This document shows positions 1-11,782 of a DNA stretch of 64,000 nucleotides, one piece after another. The stretch is from positions 260,400,001 through 260,464,000 of the forward strand of contig CM059425.1 of the NCBI GenBank assembly GCA_030390025.1. Reading direction: 5' to 3'. Each line of letters opens with the position of its first letter. Positions within the stretch are counted from its first letter, which is position 1. The notes under the pieces were generated by a model. The model was given only the letters and a program-made list of their open reading frames with translations, ran no database searches and was not told where the DNA came from. The stretch is from Squalus acanthias (lineage: Eukaryota). The position numbers were made by a program, and so were the translations under genes.

Positions 1-2048
1 CCCTTTACCTCTAGGAAACTATCTATTTCTGTTTTAAATTTATTTAATGATGTAGATTCCACAGCTTCCTGGGGCAGCAAATTCCACAGACCTACTACCC
101 TCTGTGTGAAGAAGTTTCTCCTCATCTCAGTTTTGAAAGAGCAGCCCCTTATTCTAAGATTATGCCCCCTAGTTCTAGTTTCACCCATTCTTGGGAACAT
201 CCTTAGCGCATCCACCCGATCAAGCCCCTTCACAATCTTATATGTTTCAATAAGATCGCCTCTCATTCTTCTGAACTCCAATGAGTAGAGTCCCAATCTA
301 CTCAACCTCTCCTCATATGTCCACCCCTTCATCCCCGGGATTAACCGAGTGAACCTTCTTTGTACTGCCTCGAGAGCAAGTATGTCTTTTATTAAGTATG
401 GACACCAAAACTGTATGCAGTATTCCAGGTGCGGTCTCACCAATACCTTATATAACTGCAGCAATACCTCCCTGTTTTTACAATCTATCCCCCTAGCAAT
501 AAAAGCCAACATTCCGTTGGCCTTCTTCATCACCTGCTGCACCTGCATACTAACTTTTTGATTTTCTTGCACCAAGACCCCCAGATCCCTTTGTACTGCA
601 GTACTTTCCAGTTTCTCGCCATTAAGATAATAACTTGCTCTCTGATTTTTCCTGCCAAAAGTGCATAACCTCACATTTTCCAATATTGTATTGCATCTGC
701 CAAATCTCTGCCCACTCACCCAGCCTGTCTATATCCCCTTGTAGGTTTTTTATGTCCTCCTCACTTTCTACTTCCCCTCCCATCTTTGTATCATCTGCAA
801 ACTTTGATATGTTACACTCGGTCCCCTCCTACAAATCGTTAATATAGATTGTAAAGAGTTGGGGACCCAGCACCGACCCCTGCGGAACACCACTGGCTAC
901 TGGTTGCCAGTCCGAAAATGAACCATTTATCCCAACTCTCTGCTTCCTGTTAGATAACCAATCCTCCACCCATGCCAGAATATTACCCCCAATCCAGTGA
1001 TTTTTTATCTTGAGCAATAATCTTTTATGTGGCACCTTGTCGAATGCCTTCTGGAAGTCTAAATACACTACGTCCACTGGTTCCCCTTTATCCACCCTAT
1101 ACGTTATGTCCTCGAAGAACTCAAGCAAATTTGTCAGACATGACTTCCCCTTCATAAAGCCATGCTGACTTTGTCCTATTAAATTATGTTTATCTAAATG
1201 TTCCGTTACTGTCTCCTTAATAATAGACTCCAAAATTTTACCCACCACAGATGTTAGGCTAACTGGTCTATAATTTCCAGCCTTCTGCCTACAACCCTTT
1301 TTAAATAAGGGTGTTGCATTAGCAGTTTTCCAATCTGCCGGGACCTTTGCTGAGTCCAGGGAATTTTGGAAAATTATTACCAAAGTATCCACAATCCCTA
1401 CTGCCACTTCCCTGAAGACCCTAGGATGTAAGCCATCAGGTCCAGGGGATTTATCCGCCTTGAGTCCCATTATTTTACTGAGTACCAATTCCTTAGTGAT
1501 TTTAATCGTATTTAGCTCCTCCCCCCCTAGAGCCCCCTGTTTGTCCAGTTTTGGGATATTCTTAGTGTCCTCTACCGTAAAGACTGAAACAAAATATTTG
1601 TTCAGCATTTTTGCCATCTCCATGTTTCCCACCATTAATTTCCTGGTCTCATCCTCTAAGGGACCAACGTTTGCCTTAGCCACCCTTTTTCTTTTTATAT
1701 AACTATAGAAACTCTTGCTATATATTTTTATATTTTTTGCTAATTTATTTTCATAATCTATCTTCCCTTTCTTAATCAATCCTTTAGTTACTTTTTGCTG
1801 TCTTTTGAAGACTTCCCAATCTTCTATCCTCCCACGAAGTTTGGCTACCTTACATGTCCTTGTTTTTAGTCGGATACTATCCTTAATATCTTTACTTAGC
1901 CACGGATGGCTGTCATTTCTTTTACACCCTTTTTTCCTCAGTGGAATATATTTCTTTTGAAAGTTGTAAAATAACTCCTTAAATGAACACCACTGCTCAT
2001 GTACCGTCTTACCCTTGAATCTATTTTCCCAGTCCACTTTAATCAATC

Positions 2049-2373
2049 TGGGCAACACGGTGGCATAGTGGTTAGCACTGTTGCCTCACAGTGCCAGGGA
2101 CCCGGTTTGAATCCGGCCGCGGGTGACTGTCTGTGTGGAGTTTGCACATTCTCCGTGGGTTTCCTCCGGGTGCTCCGGTTTCCTCCCACAGTCCAAAGAT
2201 GTGCAGGTTAGGTTGATTTGGCTATGATAAATTGCCCCTTAGTGTTAGGGGGGATTAAATACGTGGGGTTACGGGATAGTGGGGGATTAAATACGGGGAT
2301 AGGGTGGGATATGTGTCGGTGCAGGCTCGATGGGCCGAAATGGCCTCTATCTGTACTGTGCGGATTCTGTGAA
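2049..2373 (+). mobile_element. tRNA-derived V-SINE (HE1-like) inserted in CR1 ORF2
   Basis: A box tggcatagtgg, B-box-like ggtttgaatcc, V-domain tgtgtggagtttgcacattctcc..ctccggtttcctcccacagtccaaagatgtgc, CR1-type tail; splits the CR1 frame at MRAE|LIKVDW. Confidence 0.88.
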
Positions 2374-4433
2374 TTCCGCTCTCATACCATTATAGTCTCC
2401 TTTATTCAAGCTCAGTACACTTGTTTGAGAACCAACCTTCTCACCCTCTAATTGGATATGGAATTCAACCATGTTATGGTCACTCATTCCAAGGGGATCC
2501 TTAACTAGGACATTATTAATTAATCCTGCCTCATTACACAGGACCAGGTCCAAGGTTGCTTGCCCCCTTGTAGGATCAGTTACATACTGCTCAAGAAATC
2601 CATCCCTAAGACACTCAATAAACTCTTCCTCAAGGCTGCCCTGCCCAATTTGATTTGTCCAGTTAATATGATAGTTAAAATCCCCCATAATTATAGCTGT
2701 TCCCTTACTACATGCCCCAACTATTTCCTGATTAATATTTCTTCCAGCAGAGTTGCAACTATTAGGAGGCCTATATACTACTCCCACTAGTGTTTTTTTC
2801 CCCTTATTATTCCTTATCTCCACCCAAACTGTTTCATTATCCTGATCTTTTGACCCAATATCATTTCTCTGTATTACAGTGATTCCTTCCTTTATTAACA
2901 TAGCCACCCCACCTCCCCTTCCTTCCTGCCTGTCCTTCCTGATTGTTAAATACCCTGGCATATTTAGTTCCCAGTCGTTGTCACCCTGCAGCCATGTTTC
3001 TGTAATGGCCACAAGATCATACCCATACGTAGTTATTTGTGCCGTTAACTCGTCCATTTTGTTACGAATGCTACGTGCATTCAGATAAAGAACTTTCAAA
3101 TATGTTTTGTGACACTTAGTTCCTGCTTTTTCCTTTTTTAACACTTTACCTTTTACTCCATACCTTCTGTCCCTTCCTGACACGCTTTCCTCTGTCTCCC
3201 TGCTCAGGTGCCCAACCTCCTGCCACATCAGTTTAAACCCTCCCCAACAGCACTAACAAACACTCCCCCTAGGACAGCGGTCCCGGCCCTGCCCAGGTGC
3301 AGACCGTCCGGTTTGTACTGGTCCCACCTCCCCCAGAACCGGTTCCAATGTCCCAGGAATTTGAATCCCTACCCCTTGCACCATTCCTCTAGCCACGTAA
3401 TCATTTGAAATATCCTCCTATTTCTACACTGACTAGCACGTGGCACTGGTAGCAATCCTGAGATTACTACCTTTGAGGTCCTATTTTTTAATTTACCTCC
3501 TAACTCCCTATATTCTGCTTTTAGGACCTCATCCCCTTTTTTACCTATATCGTTGGTGCCTATGTGCACCACGACAGCTGGCTGTTCGCCATCGCCCTCC
3601 AAAATGTTCTGTAGCCGCTCCGAGACGTCCTTGACCCTTGCACCAGGGAGGCAACACACCATCCTGGAGTCTCGGTTGCGGCCGCAGAAACGCCTATCTA
3701 TTCCCCTTACAATTGAGTCCCCTATCACTATAGCTCTTACACTCTTTTTCCTCCCAGCCTGTGCAGCAGAGCCACCCATGGTGCCAGGAAGTTGGCTGCT
3801 GCTGCCTTCCCCTGATAAGTCATCCCCCCCAACAGTATCCAAAGTGGTATATCTGTTTGAGAGAGGGATGTCCACAGGGGACCCCTGCACTACCTGCCTG
3901 CACCTCTTACTCTGCCTGGTGGTCACCCATTTACTTCCTGCCTGTACACCCTTTGCCTGCGGTCTGACCAACTCGCTAAACGTGCTATTCACGAGGTTCT
4001 CAGCATCGCGAATGCTCCAATATGCATCCAATCGCAGCTCCAGCGCCGTAATGCGGTCTGCCAGTAGCTGTAGCTGGATACACTTCCCGCACACATGGTT
4101 GTCAAGGACACCGGAAGGGTCCCTGATTTCCCACATAGCACAGGAGGAGCATACCACAGGGCCGAGCTCTCCTGCCATGACTTCCCCTTAATTCATTCAA
4201 ATTAAATTAAAACAAATCAATCCCACCAATTGCACTACAGTTAAATGATATACTTAAGGGCCCTGGTTTACCAACAGTCCCCGCTACACCACAGAGAGCT
4301 TAGAAACTATAAACCACAGAGTTTAAGTTTAAAAAGAGAGAAATACTCACCAACCAATCACTTACCTGCTTTCTGGTGACGTCACACTTCGATGACTTTT
4401 TACTTCTCTCCCTCCGAGCTCAGAGATTGGTAC

Positions 4434-4578
4434 GCCTACCTGGTCTCTGCCGCCTCTTAAACCTCGCCGCCGCCGCCTGGTTCCCCGCAGGTCCGCCGCC
4501 GCTCTGAGGCCTACCTGGTCTCTGCCGCCTCTTAAACCTCGCCGCCGCCGCCTGGTTCCCCGCAGGTCCGCCGCCGCT
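4434..4578. repeat. 2 x 75-bp GC-rich tandem repeat in a CR1 5' UTR
   Basis: gcctacctggtctctgccgcctcttaaacc... at 4434 and 4509. Confidence 0.9.
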
Positions 4579-7391
4579 TCTGAGCCAATATCACTTCTCA
4601 CCACTGCAGTGATCCCATCCTTTACCAACAAAGCCACCCCACCTCCTTTTCCTTTCTGTCTATCCTTCCGAATTGTCAAATACCCTGGAATATTCAGTTC
4701 CAGCCCTGGTCACCTTGCAACCACGTCTCTGTAATGGCAATCAGATCATACCCCTCCAAGTCACACACCATCCTGACTTAGAAGTATATTGCCAATCCTT
4801 CATCGTCGCTGGGTCAAAATCCTGACATTTCCTCCCTAACAGCACTGTGGGAGTACCTTCACTACAAGGACTGCAGCAGTTCAAGAAGGTGGCTCACCAC
4901 CACCTTCTCAAGGGCAACTCGGGATGGGCAATAAATGCCGGCCTTGCCAGCGATGCCCACATCCCATAAGTGAATTTAAAAATAATACCTATTTGTATCT
5001 ATTTGTGCCGTCAACTCATCTATCTTGTTACGAATGCTGCGTACATTCAGATATAGAGCTTCTAACTTTGTTTTTTTTTACCATTCCGCCTTGTTATGGA
5101 TCCATTTTCTGTTACACTCTTATTTTTAAACATTCTGTCCCTTCCTGTCACACGCTGGTTATTATTTCCCCCATCTCTATCCTGCTCTATTGTTTTCTCA
5201 TTTCTCATTGACTTTTTAAAATGAGTCAAGTATTCAATTTAATCCAGCACATCCAGGCTGAATTCATTGTTCTCATTTACTTAACAATACAACAAACCGA
5301 ATGAGACAAAGCAGGACTTCCTTAAATTGGTGTATGGGAGGGGTGCAGCGACACAGAGTACAGGGGGAGGGTGCGCTGGGGAACCAGGCGAGAGTCACAG
5401 TCACATTCTCGGTTCCTGAACCATTACAACCACCTCTCTCTCTGCTGATTCCAACCCTGCAACCCCCATTCCACATTCCTTCCCACCATCTTTCCACCAC
5501 TCACATTTCTGCTTCTCACTGAGCAGCTCATCCTCAGTTTTGAGACGGTCCCTTTCTACAAACTTTAAGAGCTTCTGAGCAAGTTTCTGCTGCTGCTTGT
5601 TGCTCAACAATCTTATCTTTATGTTCCTGGATTTCACTCTCCATTGCTTGCACCTCTAACTGTTTCTGTATCAGCATCTCGTTCTTTGCACTTTCCTTTT
5701 AGTTCTTTCAGAGTCTTCTCGTCCTGTTTGTTTCATTTCTTTTACTCTCCTTTCTGAGACCCCCAAACAGCCTGGGTTACAACCTTAGCCCCTGCGAGCA
5801 ATCCTTGTACCGTAACCCCAGTCCTGGCCTCTGTCGGGGTGTGTGGAAAGTCAGCTTTCGACATCTGGGCTCATTGACTCAAAGGATCTGCCTCTCCCAG
5901 CAGGACACTAACCTTTAAAGATGTCCCGCCATGTCTCTCCGATTATGCATCGATATATTCACCTGTGAGATTACTGTCCTCTCTTCTTCAGAATACAAAA
6001 GATGTCAAGCGAGATGCTGTAGTTGTTATCTAACTTTAAAGAATTTAATTTGACCCACAGTTTGTACCAGAAAGAAAGCAGTAACTTTTCATACAAACTT
6101 TTCCTTTTCTAGCGAGTGCAACTCAGGACAAAGAATTGATCGGATTCTTTGTCTCGGGCAGGGGTGATGGGTGAAGGGTACTTGGCTTCGGTCTTCCCAA
6201 TATTTAGTTGGTGGAAATTTCTGCTCATACAGTACTGGATGTCGGACAAACAGTCTGACAATTTAGAGACAGTGGAGGGGTTGAGATATGGTGGTGAGGC
6301 AGAGCTGGATGCCCGTCAGCGTACGTGAGTAAACTGACGCTGTGATTATGGATGATGTCGCCGAGGAGCAGCATGTAGATGAGAATTAGGAGGGGTCAAG
6401 GATAGATCCTTGGGGGATACCAGAGGTTTCCTGAGTCTGCTGTGCATTGAGTTTATCTACCTTACAGATGGCCAGTCCCCAACTAGATGCTTAACTTAAA
6501 AACACTCAAACTGTTGTTTTAAACAATCTTCTGTTGTTCACTTGAGTAGTAATGAATTCAGTGTTCGGGTTATAATCTCTTTATTTTTTTCTACTTCATC
6601 ATAAAAAACTATCTATAATTTCTTCAGAGTATAAAACAATTTACAAGCGGAGTTTTGTCAGCAGATTTGAACGTAGGCATGCGCTCATCCTTGTACACTT
6701 CTTCCTTCTCAAACATTAACATAAAAACTTATTTTTTAGACACTGTTTCTTCCTTATCAAACTGGAAATGGCATTGCCTTTTATGGTAGTCTCCGGTCAA
6801 TGCACCGTCTTTCAGCCGATACTTACGCACACAAGTTTATATTCCTCTACAGCATACGTACATCAATACCCTTTCGTGTAGGTTGCAGTAATATGTAGTG
6901 GAATGTTTATAGTATGGCACTACTATAAACATCCCAAGGCTTTACTTCAATCTTGAACATTGGCTATTGCTAGGGTGATCTGTAATTCTTTCTCCCTCTC
7001 TTTCTCTTTCCAATGATGTCAATCACTTTTTTTGCTCTCCATTGTAAGCTTTTTATTTCGACTGCATTAAATTGACAGCAAGACCAATTCTTTTGAAACA
7101 ATTTGGAATAAGTTTGTTAAACACACACACCCATGCACATCAAAACAATAGCCTACTGATATCCTATGGACTCTACTCGATGACAACAGGTAAGGTAATG
7201 GGTTAGAATTAAACAGACTTGTACTTCCCTGAGTCAAGCAATGCACGCGGCATTTTTCCTTGCTTCTTAGTCTGGTCTGTCGAGGGAGGGCTTCCTGCTT
7301 TTCCATGTGGTCATCCAGAGAGAGAGCGAGAGCCTTTGGGTTCCTTATTTTATATCTTTTTAAGTCCATTGTCTCTAGTCTAAATTGCTAA

Positions 7392-7568
7392 TGATGCGGA
7401 GATGCCGGTGTTGGACTGGGGTGGACAAAAGTGAGAAGTCGCACAACACCAGGTTATAGTCCAACAGCTTTATTTGAAATCATCACCTGACGAAGGAGCA
7501 GCCGCTCCGAAAGCTTGTGATTTCAAATAAAGCTGTTGGACTATAACCTGGTGTGGTGCGACTTCTCA
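7392..7568. mobile_element. Short palindromic non-autonomous Penelope-like element with a 12-bp TSD
   Basis: About 50-bp inverted arms around a hammerhead core; TSD ctaaattgctaa at 7380-7391 and 7569-7580. Confidence 0.8.
7482..7521 (+). ncRNA. Minimal type I hammerhead ribozyme
   Basis: atcac-CTGACGA-a-ggagc(agcc)gctcc-GAAA-gct-t-gtgat; stem I atcac/gtgat, stem II perfect, palindromic AGCT stem III. Confidence 0.75.
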
Positions 7569-8057
7569 CTAAATTGCTAAGACCACAGGATTGGGCCTTA
7601 GTTTCATGGCAGTTCTTGATTGGCTTTCCTTTGTACATGTGTCTGTCTGCAGTGGCTGGGGCCATTTCTTGATTAAGTTATTTGTTTGTTAACACCTTTT
7701 AATGGCTCTTGAGTTTCAATGGTGAGTTTCGATGGTGAGTTTCGATGGGTTTTCGATGCTGTCTCTGTGGGGGTTATCCTGTTATGCAGGTTTTCTTTGT
7801 TAAGTTTCGCGCCGTTGCCTTAAGCTCCGCTCCCAGGGAGATCCATACCCATCAAATTCATCTTTATTACATACATCTTATATTAATAGTCTCGAGTCCA
7901 TCACACATACAAAACATATATTTTTATTCTTACACCATTGAATGAGCAAAACACAAACACTTTTCAGAAGCTGAATTTGCCGAGTTCCCTGTACCAACAA
8001 AACCCTCCATTGTCTCAATCGTCAATGATGAAACTTTCCACCGATCCTCCACCAATG

Positions 8058-8233
8058 TTATGGCAGGAGATGAATTCCCATCACTCTCTCCTTGATCATT
8101 TGATGCTGTATTACGAGGGGCTCTCAAACACAGAAGTCTCTATTGGAATTTCAATTGAGCACTAAGAATGAGAAATGCCTTATCTTTTCTTTCAGAAGTT
8201 ACTTTACCTGATCCGCATCATCAGAAGCGGCAG
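8058..8233 (-). CDS. Copy A cytoplasmic exons: 26-nt exon 8233-8208 (AAASDDADQ) and putative last exon 8105-8058 (HQMIKERVMGIHLLP*)
   Basis: tattttcag acceptor and CAG|GTAAAG donor; taatacag acceptor; AATAAA on the minus strand at 7923-7928. The alternative is read-through to the stop at 8199. Confidence 0.55.
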
Positions 8234-11200
8234 CTGAAAATATTCCCCGTGTAACTATCTGTGAAGATGCCACAGTATTACCATGAAGTCCCACATCAGT
8301 AGAGCTTCCATTGTGAACCTTACCTCTCTTCAACTTCCAGATAGTAAACCCACTTAAAAGAAGGAAGATAATTAAAAAGGTGGTTCGAATGTAGAGGGTG
8401 ATGTTCAATTTGTCCTTGTCATCAGTGGGGAAGTGGATCTGACGGACGTCACTCCCGTGTTCATTTACAGCCACACAGCTGTAGTCCCCTCTCAGCGTTG
8501 GGTTAAGAATCTCTCCCACAGTTTGATGTTTGTCCGGCACTCGTGTGACTGTCGTGCTACTGCTGTCCACGGGCAGTGCGCTGTTTTCAGGGTCGATCCA
8601 TGTGATGTTTGCAGGTGGCTCCCCTTCAACCTTGCACACGATGGTGTCTCCAGTTATATTGTCGGTCACAACCGACAGCTCCAGGATGGTGGCTGGGGCT
8701 TGGGGAGGAAAGAGACAATGAGTTAACTCAATCTAATTAATCTTTATTAAACGGTCCGTGGTGACAACGTCCATTACGTGGCACTGAGAAACACGTGAGC
8801 ATGGAGAGGTGACACCCAACAGGAGATTGGATTGAAATATTCAGAGAGCAAGTGGACTGGCTCCTGATTGTAAAGGGACATGAGTTTGATGTTAACGGAG
8901 GAGGCGGATGGAATTAGCCTGAGTGAGTGGATCTGAACAACACAGCGGTCTGGAAATTGGGCTGCCTAAATGCCCTCCTAAACTGTTACAGGCGTCTCTC
9001 AGGTCTCAGCTCCTCACTGGGAGCGAATTTGCTCTTGTGTTTGTTCAACGTGATTTTATCACCTTCACCATATCATTGAGGTAGATGTTTCCTTACCGAC
9101 AACCTGTAGTCTCATCACATCCTGAGTCACGTTTTCCCCTTGTTCATTCTCGATGTGTACGTGACAGAAGTAGTCGCTGGTGTCGTTCAGCCCCAGGTCC
9201 CTCATCCTTATGGAGGCGTCTCCTTGGGTTGGGTTTCCGATCAGCTCATATCGATCTCCTTGATTTACACTAACTGTGTCAGTATAGTGAGAACCAGCGG
9301 CGAGGGAACGAGTGTGATTAAAAACAGTGGACTCTTGGCATGGATTCTCCTTCATCCAGAGGACAGTGATGGAGCTCGGATACCGGCCAGGGGGACTGAA
9401 GGTGCAGGGCAGTGTGGCAGAATCTCCCTTCATCCCAGTCACCGGCCGGTTATTGTTCTTATCAGCTGAGGTAGAGAAGGGTTTTAAAGAATGGACATTA
9501 TTCATTAGCACAGAGCATTAAACACAGTTTATACAACATATATGTCCCCTGTGCACTGTGAGGTTTGCTCTGACGACAGTGCAGGCAGACAACAGCACCT
9601 TACATTTAAACAGCGACTTTAACACAGTAAAACATTTCCTTCCTATTCACTCTCTCAAAACCCTTCATAATTTTGACAACCTCTACTAATTCTCCCCATA
9701 ACATTCTCTGCTCTGAGGAGAACAAGCTCAGTTTCTCCAGTCTCTCCACACAACAGAAGTGCCTCATCACTGGAACCATTCTAGTAAATCTCCTCTGCAC
9801 CCTCTCCAAGGCCTTGACATCGTTCCTAAAGAGTCCGGAATCGGACACAACACTCCAGCTAGGGCCCAACCTGTATTTTATAAAGGTTTAGCATAACTTC
9901 CTTGCTTTTGTACTCTTAACAGCTCTTCACAATCATCAACCTCACTCATTAATAATTCTCTTTATCCTACTCCAGTCCCACACCATTCTGATTGACTCTT
10001 AACTGCTCTCTGAAGTGGCTCAGTTGTATCAGCGCCTTCTCAGGGCAACGAGGGAAGGGCAATAAATGTCGGCCTTGGCAGCAACGTCCACATCACCAGA
10101 ACGAGTAAAACAAATACACACGGTTGTGATTGGATTATTTTACAGCACAACCTTATTTCTAGTTTGAATTATTCCTTACTTCTTATCTCGAGAACTCCAT
10201 GCTCGAGGCTAAATTTTCCTTTCTTTTCGTCCTTGAAATCCACATGACAAATGTACGTCTTCTTTGTGTCCGCTTTCTTCAGCTGTTTGATGATGATAGA
10301 AGCGTCGTTCTCCCTCGGGTTTCCCATCACTTGGTAGCGCTTGTCTACATTCAGGTGGATCTGATTCTTAAACCCATTGCTCTGTGAGTTTAGCGATGGA
10401 TAATTTGTGTAACTAAACACCAGTTTTGTCTTAGTTCTGTTCCAGGTGACGGTGATGTTGCCTTTATATCCAGGGTAAGGGTGAGTGAACTTGCAGAACA
10501 GAACAGTAGGCTTCCCTTCCCTAGCCGTCACCCTATCTGGGGTCTCCATGCTCCAGTTATTCTCACTGTGACCTGTGAGGACACACAGATGTCATGTTAA
10601 CACTTGACTGAGCCCAACAGTCAGACACTCCATGGGGGAACCACGACACACCCTGTACTGTCTGACATTCTAATGTCTATCTGAAACTGTGCTGAATTAT
10701 GGCCAGTTGTGTGCTGTGTGTCCACACTCAATAGGAAGTGGGTTGGAGTGCCTCCAGCCCACTGCACAGAGACTAAAGAAATAGAACCGGAGAGGCCTGC
10801 AGCACCGGAGGTCGTTCCACACCCCCTGTCTAAGCCTGCTCTTTCCTGGAGCCATCTTATCCCATCAGAGTATTCTGCCTTTAATACAAAAGAAAAGAAA
10901 GACTTGCATTTATATAGCATCTTTCACGACCTCAGCCTGTCCCAAAGCTCTTTACAACCAATGAGGGGTCTGGACAGAGTAGACAGAGAGACACTGTTCC
11001 AGTTGGCGGAAGGGTCGAGAACCAGAGGACACAGATTTAAGGTGATTGGCAAAAGAACCAAAGGCGACGAAAGAAAAAACTATTTTACGCAGCGAGCGGT
11101 TAAGATGGGGAATGCACTGCCTGAAAGGGTGGTGGAGGCAGACTCAATCACATCTTTCAAAAGGGAGTTGGATAAGTATCTGAAGGAAAACATTTTGCAG

Positions 11201-11619
11201 GTCTACGGGGAAAGGGCGGGGGAGTGGGACTCGATCAGAGCCAGCATGGGCTCGACGGGCCGAAAGGCCTTCTTCCGTGCTGTAACCATTCTATGATTCG
11301 ATGATTCTCTGATTCTATGTATTTATTGAAGTGGAGTCACTGTTGTAATATAGGAAACACGACAGCCAATTTGTGCACAGCAAGCTCCCACAAACAGCAA
11401 TGAAATAAATGGCCATGTCACCAGTTTTAGGTGTTGGTTGAGGGATAAATATCGTGCCTGTGCCGACTCTTTGAAATACCTCTCTAATTATTTCCACTCC
11501 CTTGCTCTTTCCCCATAGCCCAGAAGAAAGAAAGAAAATGGGTTCCTGCCTCCTCTTGGTGAATACATACGTTCTGCCGAGATGGCCAGGGCGAGTGCAC
11601 AAAACAAAATGCACAGCAT
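8058..11619 (-). CDS. Siglec-15-like V-V-C2 type I membrane receptor, copy A (6 coding exons, about 419 aa, apparently intact)
   Basis: GT-AG exons 11619-11571, 10572-10180, 9465-9097, 8698-8324, 8233-8208 and 8105-8058 join in frame (1260 nt; phases 1,1,1,1,0). V1 WSMETPDRV..VLFCKFTHP..GNPRENDAS..YICHVDF..HGVLEI and C2 APATILELSV..CKVEGEPPANITW resemble Siglec-15 as I recall it (WSMQVP..LPCTFTHP..GNPRRNDLS..YFCRVEF..HGVRL; APRIVNISV..CTAEGEPPPALAW). The last exon is the least certain. Confidence 0.85.
8324..8698 (-). CDS. Copy A C2-type Ig domain plus transmembrane exon (TM LYIRTTFLIIFLLLSGFTIW)
   Basis: Pyrimidine-tract acceptor, 375 nt, CKVEGEPPANITW..GDYSCVAVNEHGS, hydrophobic segment followed by KLKR, G|GTAAGG donor; ORF 8199..8669. 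Confidence 0.9.
9097..9465 (-). CDS. Copy A V-set Ig domain 2 exon
   Basis: ccttctctacctcag acceptor, 369 nt, GDSATLPCTF..W..GDASIRM..DTSDYFC, G|GTAAGG donor; ORF 9065..9511. Confidence 0.92.
9640..9920 (-). mobile_element. CR1 ORF2 3' fragment in the V1-V2 intron (paralogous copy at about 30695-30975)
   Basis: ALERVQRRFTRM..RLEKL..FSSEQR. Confidence 0.8.
10180..10572 (-). CDS. Copy A V-set Ig domain 1 exon
   Basis: ctcacag acceptor, 393 nt, B-strand Cys, C-strand Trp, YxC motif, GTAAGG donor; ORF 10169..10549. Confidence 0.92.
10960..11320 (+). mobile_element. CR1 3' fragment in intron 1
   Basis: MRGLDRVDRE..SRTRGHRFK; attctatg tail. Confidence 0.8.
11571..11619 (-). CDS. Copy A signal-peptide exon MLCILFCALALAISAE
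   Basis: ATG at 11619, hydrophobic 16-mer, phase-1 donor C|GTATGT that fits the phase-1 V1 acceptor; conserved in copy B. Confidence 0.85.
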
Positions 11620-11700
11620 TCTCTTCACTCCTTCAGTGCCCAGATCTCTCTGACGGCCGACCACCGACTGTGGAACTGCGACGGTTCCTCGCTATTTCTT

Positions 11701-11782
11701 GTTACTTCCTTCTTGAATCTGGGATTGCCAAAGAAAATAAAAATACTTGTGATATTTACCAGCCAGCTTCAGATGAGGAAGT
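11701..11782. promoter_or_regulatory. ETS/PU.1-type motifs upstream of the copy A leader
   Basis: GAGGAAGT at 11775-11782 (+) and GAAGGAAGTAAC at 11701-11712 (-); both retained in copy B (33603-33610 and about 33530-33541). Motif match only. Confidence 0.35.

Larger units (their letters stand above)
1..4580 (-). mobile_element. CR1 LINE with intact 5' end; 3' end lies outside the window; inactivated
   Basis: ORF1 with CxxC zinc finger and SGNH esterase (IGDS, HIGTND) 3369..4178, premature stop; APE endonuclease 2347..3228; RT 829..2058 (GVPQGSVLGP) with a stop at 829; interrupted by a SINE. Confidence 0.95.

Noticed and set aside
2051-2120. tRNA gene
   Set aside because: tRNA-like boxes continue into the V-SINE body and CR1 tail; the same applies at 41139 and 60886
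106-3634. Many short plus-strand ORFs over LINE and Penelope elements (here and throughout the window)
   Set aside because: Antisense shadows of retroelement coding sequence
3369-4178. Host GDSL/SGNH esterase genes (also 15669..16280, 19702..20649, 49284..49799)
   Set aside because: These are CR1 ORF1 esterase domains directly upstream of APE-RT
6430-7380. Possible downstream ITIM exon or viral/Polinton remnant
   Set aside because: No convincing splice-flanked open frame or recognisable motif; lies beyond the poly(A) signal
7930-8165. ORFs 7930..8127 (-) and 7938..8165 (+) as a long cytoplasmic tail or antisense gene
   Set aside because: The minus ORF is out of phase with the phase-0 donor; no signalling motif; conservation is explained by recent duplication
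9522-10570. CACAGTG/CACTGTG heptamers near the V exons (9554-9560, 10564-10570) as V(D)J recombination signals
   Set aside because: No nonamer at 12- or 23-bp spacing; the V exons are complete with their own G strand and splice donors and lack a J-type FGxG, so this is not a rearranging Ig/TCR locus
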